From Bdellovibrionota bacterium (GTDB lineage: Bacteria; Bdellovibrionota; UBA1018; UBA923), in assembly GCA_040754655.1 (NCBI GenBank), contig JBFMCE010000001.1:9997-73996 (forward strand): a stretch of 64,000 bases of DNA, in the 5' to 3' direction. Numbering within the stretch: the stretch's first letter is position 1; each line of letters starts with the position of its first letter. This document shows, one piece after another, positions 19,798-28,614 of this stretch. The notes beneath the pieces are model-generated. The model searched no databases. It saw only the letters and a list, made by a program, of their open reading frames with translations, and was not told the DNA's origin. The translations under genes were made by a program, and so were the position numbers.

Positions 19798-20955
19798 TTA
19801 CGAACGCAAGACTAGGCAAGAATCTCCAAACTCGTGTTGTAAATAACCATATTTCTGGGCAAATTGAGCCGCCTGAATCAAAGCCTCGCGCGGTGCAAAG
19901 GCTTCAAGCAACCGAAAATGGCTTTCGCTTTGATCGTGTATCCCGCTTATGACTCCGCTAACGACGCAAAGTTTGGTGGTCGCGCTGAGAATGATGCCGG
20001 TTGAGCCCATTCCCTCATGAAGAGCGCCATGATTGGCGTAGCACCCTTCGAGCGCACGAACCACGGAAGTGCCCACGGCGACTACGCGCTTGCCTTCATT
20101 CTTGGCTTTGCCGATTGCTTCGATCGTCTTGGCAGGAATGAAAAAGCGCTCATTGAGAGGGAGTTTTTCGTCTAGGGCTTCGTCTCCTGTTGAGGAAATT
20201 CCGGTGGCATGGGTGAGAGTCGCGAATTCAATTCCTTTTCGCGCGAGTTTAATGAGCAGTTCCGCGGTGAAGGGTCTTCCGGCTGAAGGCATTTCCGAAG
20301 CCCAAGGAAGTGACGAGTAGAGGGTTTGAACCGACCAAAGCGAGAGTTCTTCCTTCAAGTAAGAGTATTGAATGGGTTGGCCGAGTTCGAAGATTTTTTT
20401 CCACATTTCTTGCTCTGAAACCTCGAATCGCAAGGTCATGAATCGGTTTGAGAACTTTGAAACAGCTTCAATTGAAGCCGTGAAGCGTCGTGCATCCGGT
20501 AGAGCAAAATCTGGCACGATAGTACCGCTTTGCTTTTCATCAGAGCTTTGGTGGTTCCCAAAAAATAGGACATCTTTAGGGCCGAGTCTTGGAGGTGCCG
20601 GCCTATCTTCAGTTCTTATGCGCCAATCGCCTTCACCTAAGACCAAGGCTTGCCACGAACCATCTTCGTTTTTGGCGACAAGGCGCACTTCGATGCTTTG
20701 GCCGCCTTGAGTTCTTGCTTTCAACGACGCCGGATAGGTCGCTGCATCATTGAAGATCAGAAGATCGCCTTGATTCAAAAAATGAGGCAGATCGCTGAAC
20801 GTCGCGTTTTCAGGAACCCGGGGTCGGCGTCGAATCACCAACAGTTTTTGTTCATGCCGATCGCGCGGGCGCGTTGCGGTTTGAAGCGACATTTGGAACC
20901 TCCCATTTTGAAAGAATGACGCGTGAACCATTTTTTTCTGTTTCCGCGTTTGCAA
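19798..20955 (-). CDS. queA: S-adenosylmethionine:tRNA ribosyltransferase-isomerase (QueA family)
   Basis: RVVAVGTSVVRALEG matches the QueA VAVGTTSVRALE motif. The N-terminal region has DLLIFNDA...Y. A later start Met is possible. Confidence 0.7.
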   Translation of the reverse strand: MQTRKQKKMVHASFFQNGRFQMSLQTATRPRDRHEQKLLVIRRRPRVPENATFSDLPHFLNQGDLLIFNDAATYPASLKARTQGGQSIEVRLVAKNEDGSWQALVLGEGDWRIRTEDRPAPPRLGPKDVLFFGNHQSSDEKQSGTIVPDFALPDARRFTASIEAVSKFSNRFMTLRFEVSEQEMWKKIFELGQPIQYSYLKEELSLWSVQTLYSSLPWASEMPSAGRPFTAELLIKLARKGIEFATLTHATGISSTGDEALDEKLPLNERFFIPAKTIEAIGKAKNEGKRVVAVGTSVVRALEGCYANHGALHEGMGSTGIILSATTKLCVVSGVISGIHDQSESHFRLLEAFAPREALIQAAQFAQKYGYLQHEFGDSCLVLRS

Positions 20956-21628
20956 TCAGGTGGACTAATTTTAAAGCAACCTGACCGGGATCTGCCAATG
21001 ATTGTGGATCGGCATCGGGCACTGCATCAGCATGCATTTGTGTGTTCATCTCGCCCGGATCGACGCTCAAGAACCTTACTCGCGTGGGTTCAAGCTCTGC
21101 CGCCCAAATTCGGGTCAGATGATCGTTTGCGGCTTTTGAAGCCGAATACGATCCCCAGGTCGGATACGCTTCGATCGCCGCATCAGATGAAATATTCACG
21201 ATCAAACCTTCTTTCCGAAGCACCATGTTTCCAACGATAGCCTTTGTGAGACGGTGCGGTCCGATCAGATTGGTTTGCAAGACCTGCTCAAGGTCTTCAC
21301 AGCCGGTATCGAGAAGAAGCCGCAGGGGAGTAGTGCCAAGGGTGCTTGCATTATTGATGAGAATATCGAGAGGTGCCTTAAGCAGGGCAGTGGCTCGAAT
21401 AACAAGCCGATAAATGGCTTCCTTCTTCGAAATATCAGCGGAAATACCATAAATAAATTGATGACTCGGGCGACCGAGCCTTAGTTTCTCGGCCACTCGA
21501 TTGAGTTTTGCCTCTCCCCGCGCGACAAGGATGAGATTTGCTCCTTTATCTGCCAATGCCATGGCGAGCCCTAGCCCCAGGCCTTGGCTTGCGCCAGTAA
21601 TCAGAATATTCTTGTTGTGTAGATCCAT
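20852..21628 (-). CDS. SDR family short-chain dehydrogenase
   Basis: TGASQGLGLGLA (TGxxxGxG) and YSASKAA (YxxxK). Start taken at MDLHNK, which has a GAGGT RBS. Confidence 0.8.
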   Translation of the reverse strand: MDLHNKNILITGASQGLGLGLAMALADKGANLILVARGEAKLNRVAEKLRLGRPSHQFIYGISADISKKEAIYRLVIRATALLKAPLDILINNASTLGTTPLRLLLDTGCEDLEQVLQTNLIGPHRLTKAIVGNMVLRKEGLIVNISSDAAIEAYPTWGSYSASKAANDHLTRIWAAELEPTRVRFLSVDPGEMNTQMHADAVPDADPQSLADPGQVALKLVHLIANAETEKNGSRVILSKWEVPNVASNRNAPARSA

Positions 21629-21714
21629 TTGGAACCTCGCTTTCTCAATCAGTATAAATGGCCTCTGATGATATAAGGTCTTTTTTGACATTATATTAGC
21701 GAAAGGATAAGTTA

Positions 21715-22269
21715 TTGCGCATGCAAGGCTCAGTAGCTCAAAACATCGGAAAAAATATCAAACAAATCAGAGAAATGAGAGGTCTCACTCAAGAGCAGCT
21801 GGCAAAGCTCACAGGTGTACCTAGACCGACTTGGGCAAACCTAGAGTCGGGTGCAGCAAACCCCACGATTTCATTGCTGGCCCGGGTAGCGATGGGTCTA
21901 CAAGTGAGCGTGGAAGAATTGATCGGACCTCCCAGAGCAGAGTGCAAATTCTATTCGGTGCGCGAGTTGCCGATAAAAAAGCGAGGCGAGGTTTTGGTAC
22001 GAAGACTTCTTCCCGATTCGCTGCAGAATATCGAGCTTGATCGCATGGAACTTCCAGCGGGTTCACGAATGGTAGGCGTGCCTCATCGTGCGGGCACGCG
22101 AGAGTATTTGACCTGCGAATCGGGTGAGATCGAACTTACCGTGATGGGAGAATCGTGGAAACTCGGGGCAGGTGATGTCGTGGTTTTTCGCGGAGACCAA
22201 AAGCACTCGTATGCGAATAGCGGTGCGCGAGTGGCGGTGGCCTATAGCGTGGTTTTGATCGGGGTTTGA
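21715..22269 (+). CDS. XRE-family HTH transcriptional regulator with a C-terminal cupin domain
   Basis: IKQIREMRGLTQEQLAKLTGV is an HTH_3-type helix-turn-helix. The C-terminal half forms a cupin beta-barrel. Confidence 0.7.
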   Translation: MRMQGSVAQNIGKNIKQIREMRGLTQEQLAKLTGVPRPTWANLESGAANPTISLLARVAMGLQVSVEELIGPPRAECKFYSVRELPIKKRGEVLVRRLLPDSLQNIELDRMELPAGSRMVGVPHRAGTREYLTCESGEIELTVMGESWKLGAGDVVVFRGDQKHSYANSGARVAVAYSVVLIGV

Positions 22270-22329
22270 AAGTCCAACAAATCCCTAGGATTTACAGCCA
22301 TTTATTGATAAAACTAGCTTTTTAGAGGA

Positions 22330-25300
22330 GTGCAAATTTTGCAGAAGATCCCGCCAAAAAAACCATTAACTCCACGCGCCAAAGCGCTAGTCACCGTCCT
22401 TGCTGAGCGCATCCTGGTGCTCGATGGAGCGATGGGGACGGCGATTCAAGACAAGAATCTTCAACCTGAAGATTTCGGTGGCGCAGATCTTGAGGGTTGC
22501 AATGAGAACTTGATCCTCACGAAGCCTGGGGTGATTCGCGCGATTCATGAAGCTTATTTAGCGGCAGGATGCGATATCATTGAAACCAATACCTTTGGTG
22601 CGACGCCACTCGTGTTGGATGAGTATGGTTTGGGTAAAAAGGCGCACGAAATCAATTTCGCTGCTGCACGCATTGCGCGCGAGGCCGCCGAAAAATATTC
22701 AACCGCAGAGAAACCCAGGTTTGTCGCGGGCTCGATCGGACCCACGACTAAAGCGATTTCGGTGACGGGTGGGGCGACTTTTGAAGAACTCCAAGAGAAT
22801 TTCTACATACAGGCTAAAGCGCTTTTTGAGGGCGGAGCTGATTACTTCCTGATTGAAACCTGCCAAGACACCCGCAATATCAAGGCCGCTCTTTTAGCGA
22901 TCGACCGTCTTTTTGAGGAAACTGAAGCGGCGATCCCGGTGGCTGTTTCGGGCACGATTGAGCCAATGGGCACCATGCTCGCGGGCCAGTCGGTGGAAGC
23001 GCTTTTTGCCTCGCTGGCACATCGTGACTTGCTTTACATCGGCCTGAATTGCGCCACCGGCCCTGAGTTCATGACCGATCACATCCGTTCTCTCGCGAAG
23101 CTTTCGAATTTCAAGGTGGCTTGCGTTCCGAACGCGGGTTTGCCCGATGAAAATGGATGTTATCTCGAAACTCCCGAGATGCTCACGGGCGTGCTTTCAC
23201 GGTTTGTTTCCCACGGCTGGATCAATCTTTTGGGTGGATGTTGCGGCACGCATGCGGGTCATATCCAGGCGCTGTCAAAGCTTGCCTCCACGGCGAAGCC
23301 TCGAGTTCCTGAAGCAACGCCTCGGTCGCAACTTTCAGGGGTCGACTATCTTGAAATCACTGATGAGATGCGTCCGGTCATCGTGGGCGAGCGAACCAAT
23401 GTGATTGGCAGCAAGAAATTCAAAGAACTGATTTGCCAAGAGAAGTTCGAGGAAGCGGCGGAGGTCGCAAGGGCGCAGATCAAGAGCGGAGCCCACATCA
23501 TCGATGTTTGCCTGGCGAACCCCGATCGCGATGAGCTCTCGGATATGCGGCGCTTTTTAGAGGTTGCGGTGAAGAAAGTCCGCGCCCCTCTGATGATTGA
23601 CTCGACCGACGAGAAGGTCATTGAGCTCGCGCTCACTTATTGCCAGGGCAAGGCCATTATCAATTCAATCAATTTAGAAGATGGCGAGGAGCGTTTTGAG
23701 AAGGTGATTCCTTTGGCCAGGCGATTTGGAGCGGCATTGGTCGTAGGTACGATCGATGATGATCCGGCGCAAGGCATGGGGGTTTCGCGTCAAAGAAAAC
23801 TAGAGATCGCAGGGCGCTCTTATGAGCTGCTGACCCAAAAGTACGGCGTGAGGCCTGAAGACATTTACTGGGATCCTCTCGTTTTTCCGTGCGCAACCGG
23901 TGATGCCCAGTACGTCGGATCAGCCGTTGAAACGATCGAAGGCTTGCGGCTCATCAAACAAAAGTTCCCGGGCACGAAAACGGTCCTTGGAATCTCGAAC
24001 GTGAGTTTCGGGCTCCCAAATGCTGGCAGGGAAGTCTTGAACTCGGTCTTCTTGTACCATTGCGTGCAAGCGGGCCTTGATCTTGCGATCGTCAATTCCG
24101 AGAAGCTTCAGCGCTTCGCAAGCATCCCGGAAGAAGAAAAGAAGCTCGCCGATGATCTTCTTTACAACCGAGGGGAAGATCCGATTGCGGCTTTTGCCGC
24201 TCATTTCCGGAAGAGAAAGTCGAACTCGAACGAAAACAAGGTGAAGCTGCCGTTGATGGAGCGCCTGCCTTGTTACATCATTGAAGGCTCGCGTGACGGC
24301 CTCATAGAAGACTTGAATGAAGCTCTTGAGACGATGAAACCCCTTGAAATCATCAACGGTCCTTTGATGAAAGGCATGGATGAGGTGGGGCGCCTTTTCA
24401 ATGCGAACCAATTGATCGTGGCTGAAGTGCTGCAATCTGCCGAGGCGATGAAAGCCGCGGTGGCGCATCTTGAGCCTTTCATGGAAAAATCAGAGAGCTC
24501 AAGCCGTGGCAAGGTGCTTCTCGCCACGGTGAAGGGTGATGTTCATGATATCGGCAAGAACCTCGTTGAGATCATCCTTGCGAACAATGGATTCCAGGTT
24601 CTCAACCTCGGTATCAAGGTGCTTCCTGAGGCCTTGATCCAGGCCGTGCGCGAACACAAGCCGGACATCGTAGGCCTTTCAGGGCTTTTGGTGAAATCGG
24701 CCCAGCAAATGGCGCTCACGGCTGCCGACTTCTCGCGCGCGGGCGTGAGCACTCCGATGCTTGTGGGTGGGGCCGCCCTGTCTTCTAATTTTGTCGACCG
24801 GCAGATCGCGCCGGCGTACGCGGGCACCGTGGCTTATGCGTCTGATGCGATGAGCGGGCTTGAGCTTGCGAAGGTGATCGTAGATCCGTCGAGGTTTGAA
24901 GGCCTGAAGACTGATCTTGCCGAACGAAGAAGAAATTTGAAGGAGGCTTCAACCACCGCGCCGGCGGCGCCGGCGGAAGCAGACACCAAGCGCTCGTCAC
25001 AGATCTCATTGGTTGATCAGATTCCGTCTCCTTCTGATTTCAGTCGGCACGTGATCCGCAACACTCCCATCGATACGATTTGGAAATATGTGAATCCTTT
25101 GATGCTCTACGGCCGTCATCTTGGCATCAAAGGGGGGGTGGTCCGGCAGCTTGAAAAGGCAAACAAAGACCCGAATCTTATGCGCGAGCTTGAACAAACT
25201 GAAGCTAAGTCGCTTGCGATCTGGCGCGCTGTTGAGGAGGTGAAGGCTGAGTATCGCGGCACTGAGATCATGCAGCCGTCGGCGGTCTTCCAGTTTTTCA

Positions 25301-25899
25301 GAGCCTCGAGCAAAGACAATACGGTGAACCTGTATTCAAACGACGGGGCTTCTGAAAATGAAGTGGTTTCGGCCGCGATCGAGTTTCCCCGCCAAAGAAA
25401 ACCAGATGGGCTTTGTTTGTCAGACTATGTCCAACCCTTTGATGGATCGCCTGCCCGTGACAGCGTGGCTTTGTTCCTGGTCTCGGTGGGCAAGGGAGTG
25501 CGCCAACTCGCCGAGAATCTAAAGAATCGCGGAGACTATCTCAAGTCTCACATCGTACAGGCCTTGGCGCTTGAGTCGGCCGAGGCGTATGCCGAGCTTC
25601 TGCATTCACAATTGCGTAAAGCCTGGGGCTATCCTGATGCGCCAGAAATGACAATGCTTGAACGTTTTCAAGCGCGTTATCGTGGTAAGAGGTACTCATT
25701 CGGATATCCGGCGTGTCCAAAGCTTGATGATCAAGCTATTTTGTTCCAGTTGTTGCAACCCGGCGAGGTCGGTGTGCAGCTCACAGACGGGTTTATGATG
25801 GACCCGGAAGCGAGCGTCTCTGCGATCGTGTTTCATCACCCGCAGGCGACGTATTTTTCGGTGGGTCACAAGGGTGGGCCTGACGACGACAATCGTTGA
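22330..25899 (+). CDS. metH: cobalamin-dependent methionine synthase
   Basis: All modules are present: Hcy-binding (GGCCGT), pterin-binding, B12-binding (DVHDIGKN), and the C-terminal activation domain. 1189 aa with a GTG start. Confidence 0.92.
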   Translation: MQILQKIPPKKPLTPRAKALVTVLAERILVLDGAMGTAIQDKNLQPEDFGGADLEGCNENLILTKPGVIRAIHEAYLAAGCDIIETNTFGATPLVLDEYGLGKKAHEINFAAARIAREAAEKYSTAEKPRFVAGSIGPTTKAISVTGGATFEELQENFYIQAKALFEGGADYFLIETCQDTRNIKAALLAIDRLFEETEAAIPVAVSGTIEPMGTMLAGQSVEALFASLAHRDLLYIGLNCATGPEFMTDHIRSLAKLSNFKVACVPNAGLPDENGCYLETPEMLTGVLSRFVSHGWINLLGGCCGTHAGHIQALSKLASTAKPRVPEATPRSQLSGVDYLEITDEMRPVIVGERTNVIGSKKFKELICQEKFEEAAEVARAQIKSGAHIIDVCLANPDRDELSDMRRFLEVAVKKVRAPLMIDSTDEKVIELALTYCQGKAIINSINLEDGEERFEKVIPLARRFGAALVVGTIDDDPAQGMGVSRQRKLEIAGRSYELLTQKYGVRPEDIYWDPLVFPCATGDAQYVGSAVETIEGLRLIKQKFPGTKTVLGISNVSFGLPNAGREVLNSVFLYHCVQAGLDLAIVNSEKLQRFASIPEEEKKLADDLLYNRGEDPIAAFAAHFRKRKSNSNENKVKLPLMERLPCYIIEGSRDGLIEDLNEALETMKPLEIINGPLMKGMDEVGRLFNANQLIVAEVLQSAEAMKAAVAHLEPFMEKSESSSRGKVLLATVKGDVHDIGKNLVEIILANNGFQVLNLGIKVLPEALIQAVREHKPDIVGLSGLLVKSAQQMALTAADFSRAGVSTPMLVGGAALSSNFVDRQIAPAYAGTVAYASDAMSGLELAKVIVDPSRFEGLKTDLAERRRNLKEASTTAPAAPAEADTKRSSQISLVDQIPSPSDFSRHVIRNTPIDTIWKYVNPLMLYGRHLGIKGGVVRQLEKANKDPNLMRELEQTEAKSLAIWRAVEEVKAEYRGTEIMQPSAVFQFFRASSKDNTVNLYSNDGASENEVVSAAIEFPRQRKPDGLCLSDYVQPFDGSPARDSVALFLVSVGKGVRQLAENLKNRGDYLKSHIVQALALESAEAYAELLHSQLRKAWGYPDAPEMTMLERFQARYRGKRYSFGYPACPKLDDQAILFQLLQPGEVGVQLTDGFMMDPEASVSAIVFHHPQATYFSVGHKGGPDDDNR

Positions 25900-25912
25900 G
25901 GACTAAAAAAGC

Positions 25913-27013
25913 ATGAAGTTTGTTCAAAGGAATCTTCCTCTTCGGCCGATGGCCACCGGCATAGGAAGTTTGCCTCATCACAATATTGACGCCGCGCTGG
26001 CCTTTGCTTTTCAAACAAGCCTGCCTTTCTTGCCGCAAATTCCGCTCTGCAACCCGTGGGAATACATGATCGCGCAAGCCCTGGAAGGCTTGCCGGGACT
26101 GAAAGTCGAAAAAGACGGCTTGGTTCTGCTCGATCTTGATTATTGGACGAGCCGTTCCTTTGCTCTCAATGAAAAACTAGAGAAGGCTTTTTCTGAGACG
26201 GCCAAACACGAGGCCTTTGAGGGTTTTGAGCCTTCGACCGCCAACTCAAGCGGTTGGCAGCCCTTTGTTTGGGAACTTGAAGAACGTGGCTCTCGTTTGG
26301 CTAAGGTCCAGCTCGCCGGTCCTTTGACGTCGCAGTGGGTGCTGAAACTGCAAGATGGAACGAATTTGTCTCGTTATCCAGAGGTGACTAGCCAGATCTA
26401 TCGGCTGGTGCTTGCAAGAGCTCTTGCAATGTCGCGCAGGCTTCAGAAGGCCGGCGTTCAGCCGCTACTGTACCTTGATGAGCCTGGACTCTATGCTTAC
26501 TCGGCCGCAGAGCCTCGTCATGTCTTAGCCCTCCAAGAACTCAAGCTTCTGATTCAAACGCTTCGGAAAGAGGGCGTACTCGTGGGGCTTCATTGTTGCA
26601 GCGATACCGATTGGAAGGCCGTCCTTGGATTAGGACTCGATGTGCTTTCTCTCGATACCGGGCTTTCACTCTCGAGCATTCTCGAGCATGATGCGGATCT
26701 CGAGAATTTCATTCAACGCGGGGGTCGTCTTTCTCTAGGGATCGTACCGACTTCGCGCATCAGCGGGCAAGAACTGCAATCGCTTGAAGCAAGAGACTTG
26801 TTCTTGAATCTCCTTGAGACGTTTGACCTTAAACTCAAAGACAGACCTCAGCTGGTTCGCAAGATCCTGACGCAAGCGATTTATACCCCGGCATGCGGGT
26901 TGGCGCTTCATAGCGTGAGCGACGCCGAGGTCATCTTAGATCTTCTGAACCAGTTTGAAAGTTACTGCACTAGGGCTCTATTCGGGCAATCTGAGAGCCT
27001 GACTCTTCATTGA
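25913..27013 (+). CDS. UroD/MetE-like TIM-barrel family protein (putative methyltransferase or homocysteine-binding protein)
   Basis: N-terminal ATGIGSLPHH resembles the MetE C-terminal-domain motif TTxGSFPR, and there is a conserved HCC. It begins 14 nt after the metH stop and has its own RBS. Confidence 0.35.
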   Translation: MKFVQRNLPLRPMATGIGSLPHHNIDAALAFAFQTSLPFLPQIPLCNPWEYMIAQALEGLPGLKVEKDGLVLLDLDYWTSRSFALNEKLEKAFSETAKHEAFEGFEPSTANSSGWQPFVWELEERGSRLAKVQLAGPLTSQWVLKLQDGTNLSRYPEVTSQIYRLVLARALAMSRRLQKAGVQPLLYLDEPGLYAYSAAEPRHVLALQELKLLIQTLRKEGVLVGLHCCSDTDWKAVLGLGLDVLSLDTGLSLSSILEHDADLENFIQRGGRLSLGIVPTSRISGQELQSLEARDLFLNLLETFDLKLKDRPQLVRKILTQAIYTPACGLALHSVSDAEVILDLLNQFESYCTRALFGQSESLTLH

Positions 27014-27025
27014 GAGGGCTTGTTT

Positions 27026-27499
27026 TCAAAGGTGTTTTCGAACAGCGTCTAAAGTCTCTTGCATCGTCGCTTCCGGGTTCACTTTGCGCCAGACTTGGCG
27101 CACGTTTCCTTGCGGGTCGATCAAGAAGGTGTCGCGCGAAAGACCCTTGTAGGTTTGGCCCTTCCAAGTTTGATCCCCGTATACGCCTAAAGGACCGCTC
27201 AGCGCATGTTGGGTGTCAGCAAGCAACGGAAAGTTCAAACTGAATTTGTTGATGAAGGCGTCATGCGAGTGAAGGTCATCCAAACTCACGCCGAACACTT
27301 GAACTCCAAGGTCTCGAAAATCTTTTATGTGATCACGATAAGCGCAAGCCTGTTTGGTGCAGCCAGGCGTGTCGTCTTTGGGATAGAAATAAAGGATCGT
27401 CCATTTTCCTTTGAGATCCTTGGGGAGCGACACGTTGCCTCCCGCTGAGCTCTCTAGGGTAACTTCGGGTAGCGCTTTTCCAATCCAGTTGTCTGTCAT
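27026..27499 (-). CDS. bcp: thiol peroxidase / peroxiredoxin Bcp
   Basis: ILYFYPKDDTPGCTKQAC is the peroxiredoxin active-site motif. Confidence 0.85.
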   Translation of the reverse strand: MTDNWIGKALPEVTLESSAGGNVSLPKDLKGKWTILYFYPKDDTPGCTKQACAYRDHIKDFRDLGVQVFGVSLDDLHSHDAFINKFSLNFPLLADTQHALSGPLGVYGDQTWKGQTYKGLSRDTFLIDPQGNVRQVWRKVNPEATMQETLDAVRKHL

Positions 27500-27530
27500 C
27501 GTGAATCTCCTTGCGTGCGATAAATCGGAA

Positions 27531-28415
27531 TCATCTCATGGAACCTCCCACCCGATCGCATTTTTTCCCAGGCCGAGAACAGAATGAGAGCTTGTCCCCC
27601 AATAATGCTTTTAGCTTTCGAAGCTCGCTGGGATCGATCGGATTTTGATCCAGATTGATCCTCCGCAGGTTCGGAAGATCAGTGAGTATCTGCGCGGGGA
27701 TGGTCTTCAGCAGGTTTTTCTCGAGATCCAATGTTAGAAGTGCCGTTAGTCCCACAAAGAGTTTATCAGGGAGCCTCTTAAGCTTATTTCTCGTCAGGAG
27801 GAGTTCTTTCAATCGAGGCAATCCCGTGAAGAATCCCTCAGGCAATCTCGATATTTCGTTCCCATACAGTGAAACTGTTGCAACGAAAGAAGTGTCCGGA
27901 AAAAGACGATGCGGAAGCAGGCCAATCCGATTGAGTTGCATCGCGAGCATCTCTAGCTTTGGCATGCCCGAGAACGCTCTCTCGGAAACCTTTCGAATAT
28001 GGTTTCTTTCGAAGACCAGCCATTTCAGGTTTTCAAGTTTCGAGAACATGTCATCGGGGATGATGCTTAATTTACTGTCTTCAATAGTTAAGGTCTCGAG
28101 TTTGTCCAATCCCGAAAAGATCCCCGAAGGCAACCCACTTCCTGAACCAATGAGCCGTAAAAGCTTAACCTCCCTGAGTCCGTCAAAATCACCGGCTTTT
28201 AAGGGCGGCTCTGATGCTTTCCCGCCATAGATTTTGAGTCTTTCGATTTGCAGAAGATCTTTTTCTGTGATGGTTCCGCAGCCTCTACGGAAAAAAACTT
28301 CAAGGGCTTCTCTAACCAAAATTGTTCTGTCGCAAACAGACACAAAGGCTTGCGCTTCTGACATGAAGATCAAGATTTGGATGCAAATCAAAAGCATCGT
28401 TCGTGGTTTCAGCAT
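27531..28415 (-). CDS. exported leucine-rich repeat (LRR) protein
   Basis: Signal peptide (LLICIQILIFMSEAQA) followed by tandem LxxLxLxxNxL repeats, for example LKELLLTRNKLKRLP and LTLDLEKNLLKTIP. Confidence 0.7.
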   Translation of the reverse strand: MLKPRTMLLICIQILIFMSEAQAFVSVCDRTILVREALEVFFRRGCGTITEKDLLQIERLKIYGGKASEPPLKAGDFDGLREVKLLRLIGSGSGLPSGIFSGLDKLETLTIEDSKLSIIPDDMFSKLENLKWLVFERNHIRKVSERAFSGMPKLEMLAMQLNRIGLLPHRLFPDTSFVATVSLYGNEISRLPEGFFTGLPRLKELLLTRNKLKRLPDKLFVGLTALLTLDLEKNLLKTIPAQILTDLPNLRRINLDQNPIDPSELRKLKALLGDKLSFCSRPGKKCDRVGGSMR

Positions 28416-28614
28416 GAAAAAGAAGTATCGGGCCAGTTTTGGATTGTAAACCTCTTTCCCCGGCCGAGGACCAGTTCTGGCTCCGCCAGGTCACTCTTCA
28501 AAACTAACACGGTACGGCTCGGTAAGACTTTCAGCGAAACAATCACATTTTTATACGGCAAGTTATGGAATTTAACCAAGTGACCGATAAATACAACGAC
28601 GACGAAGGCTCTGA

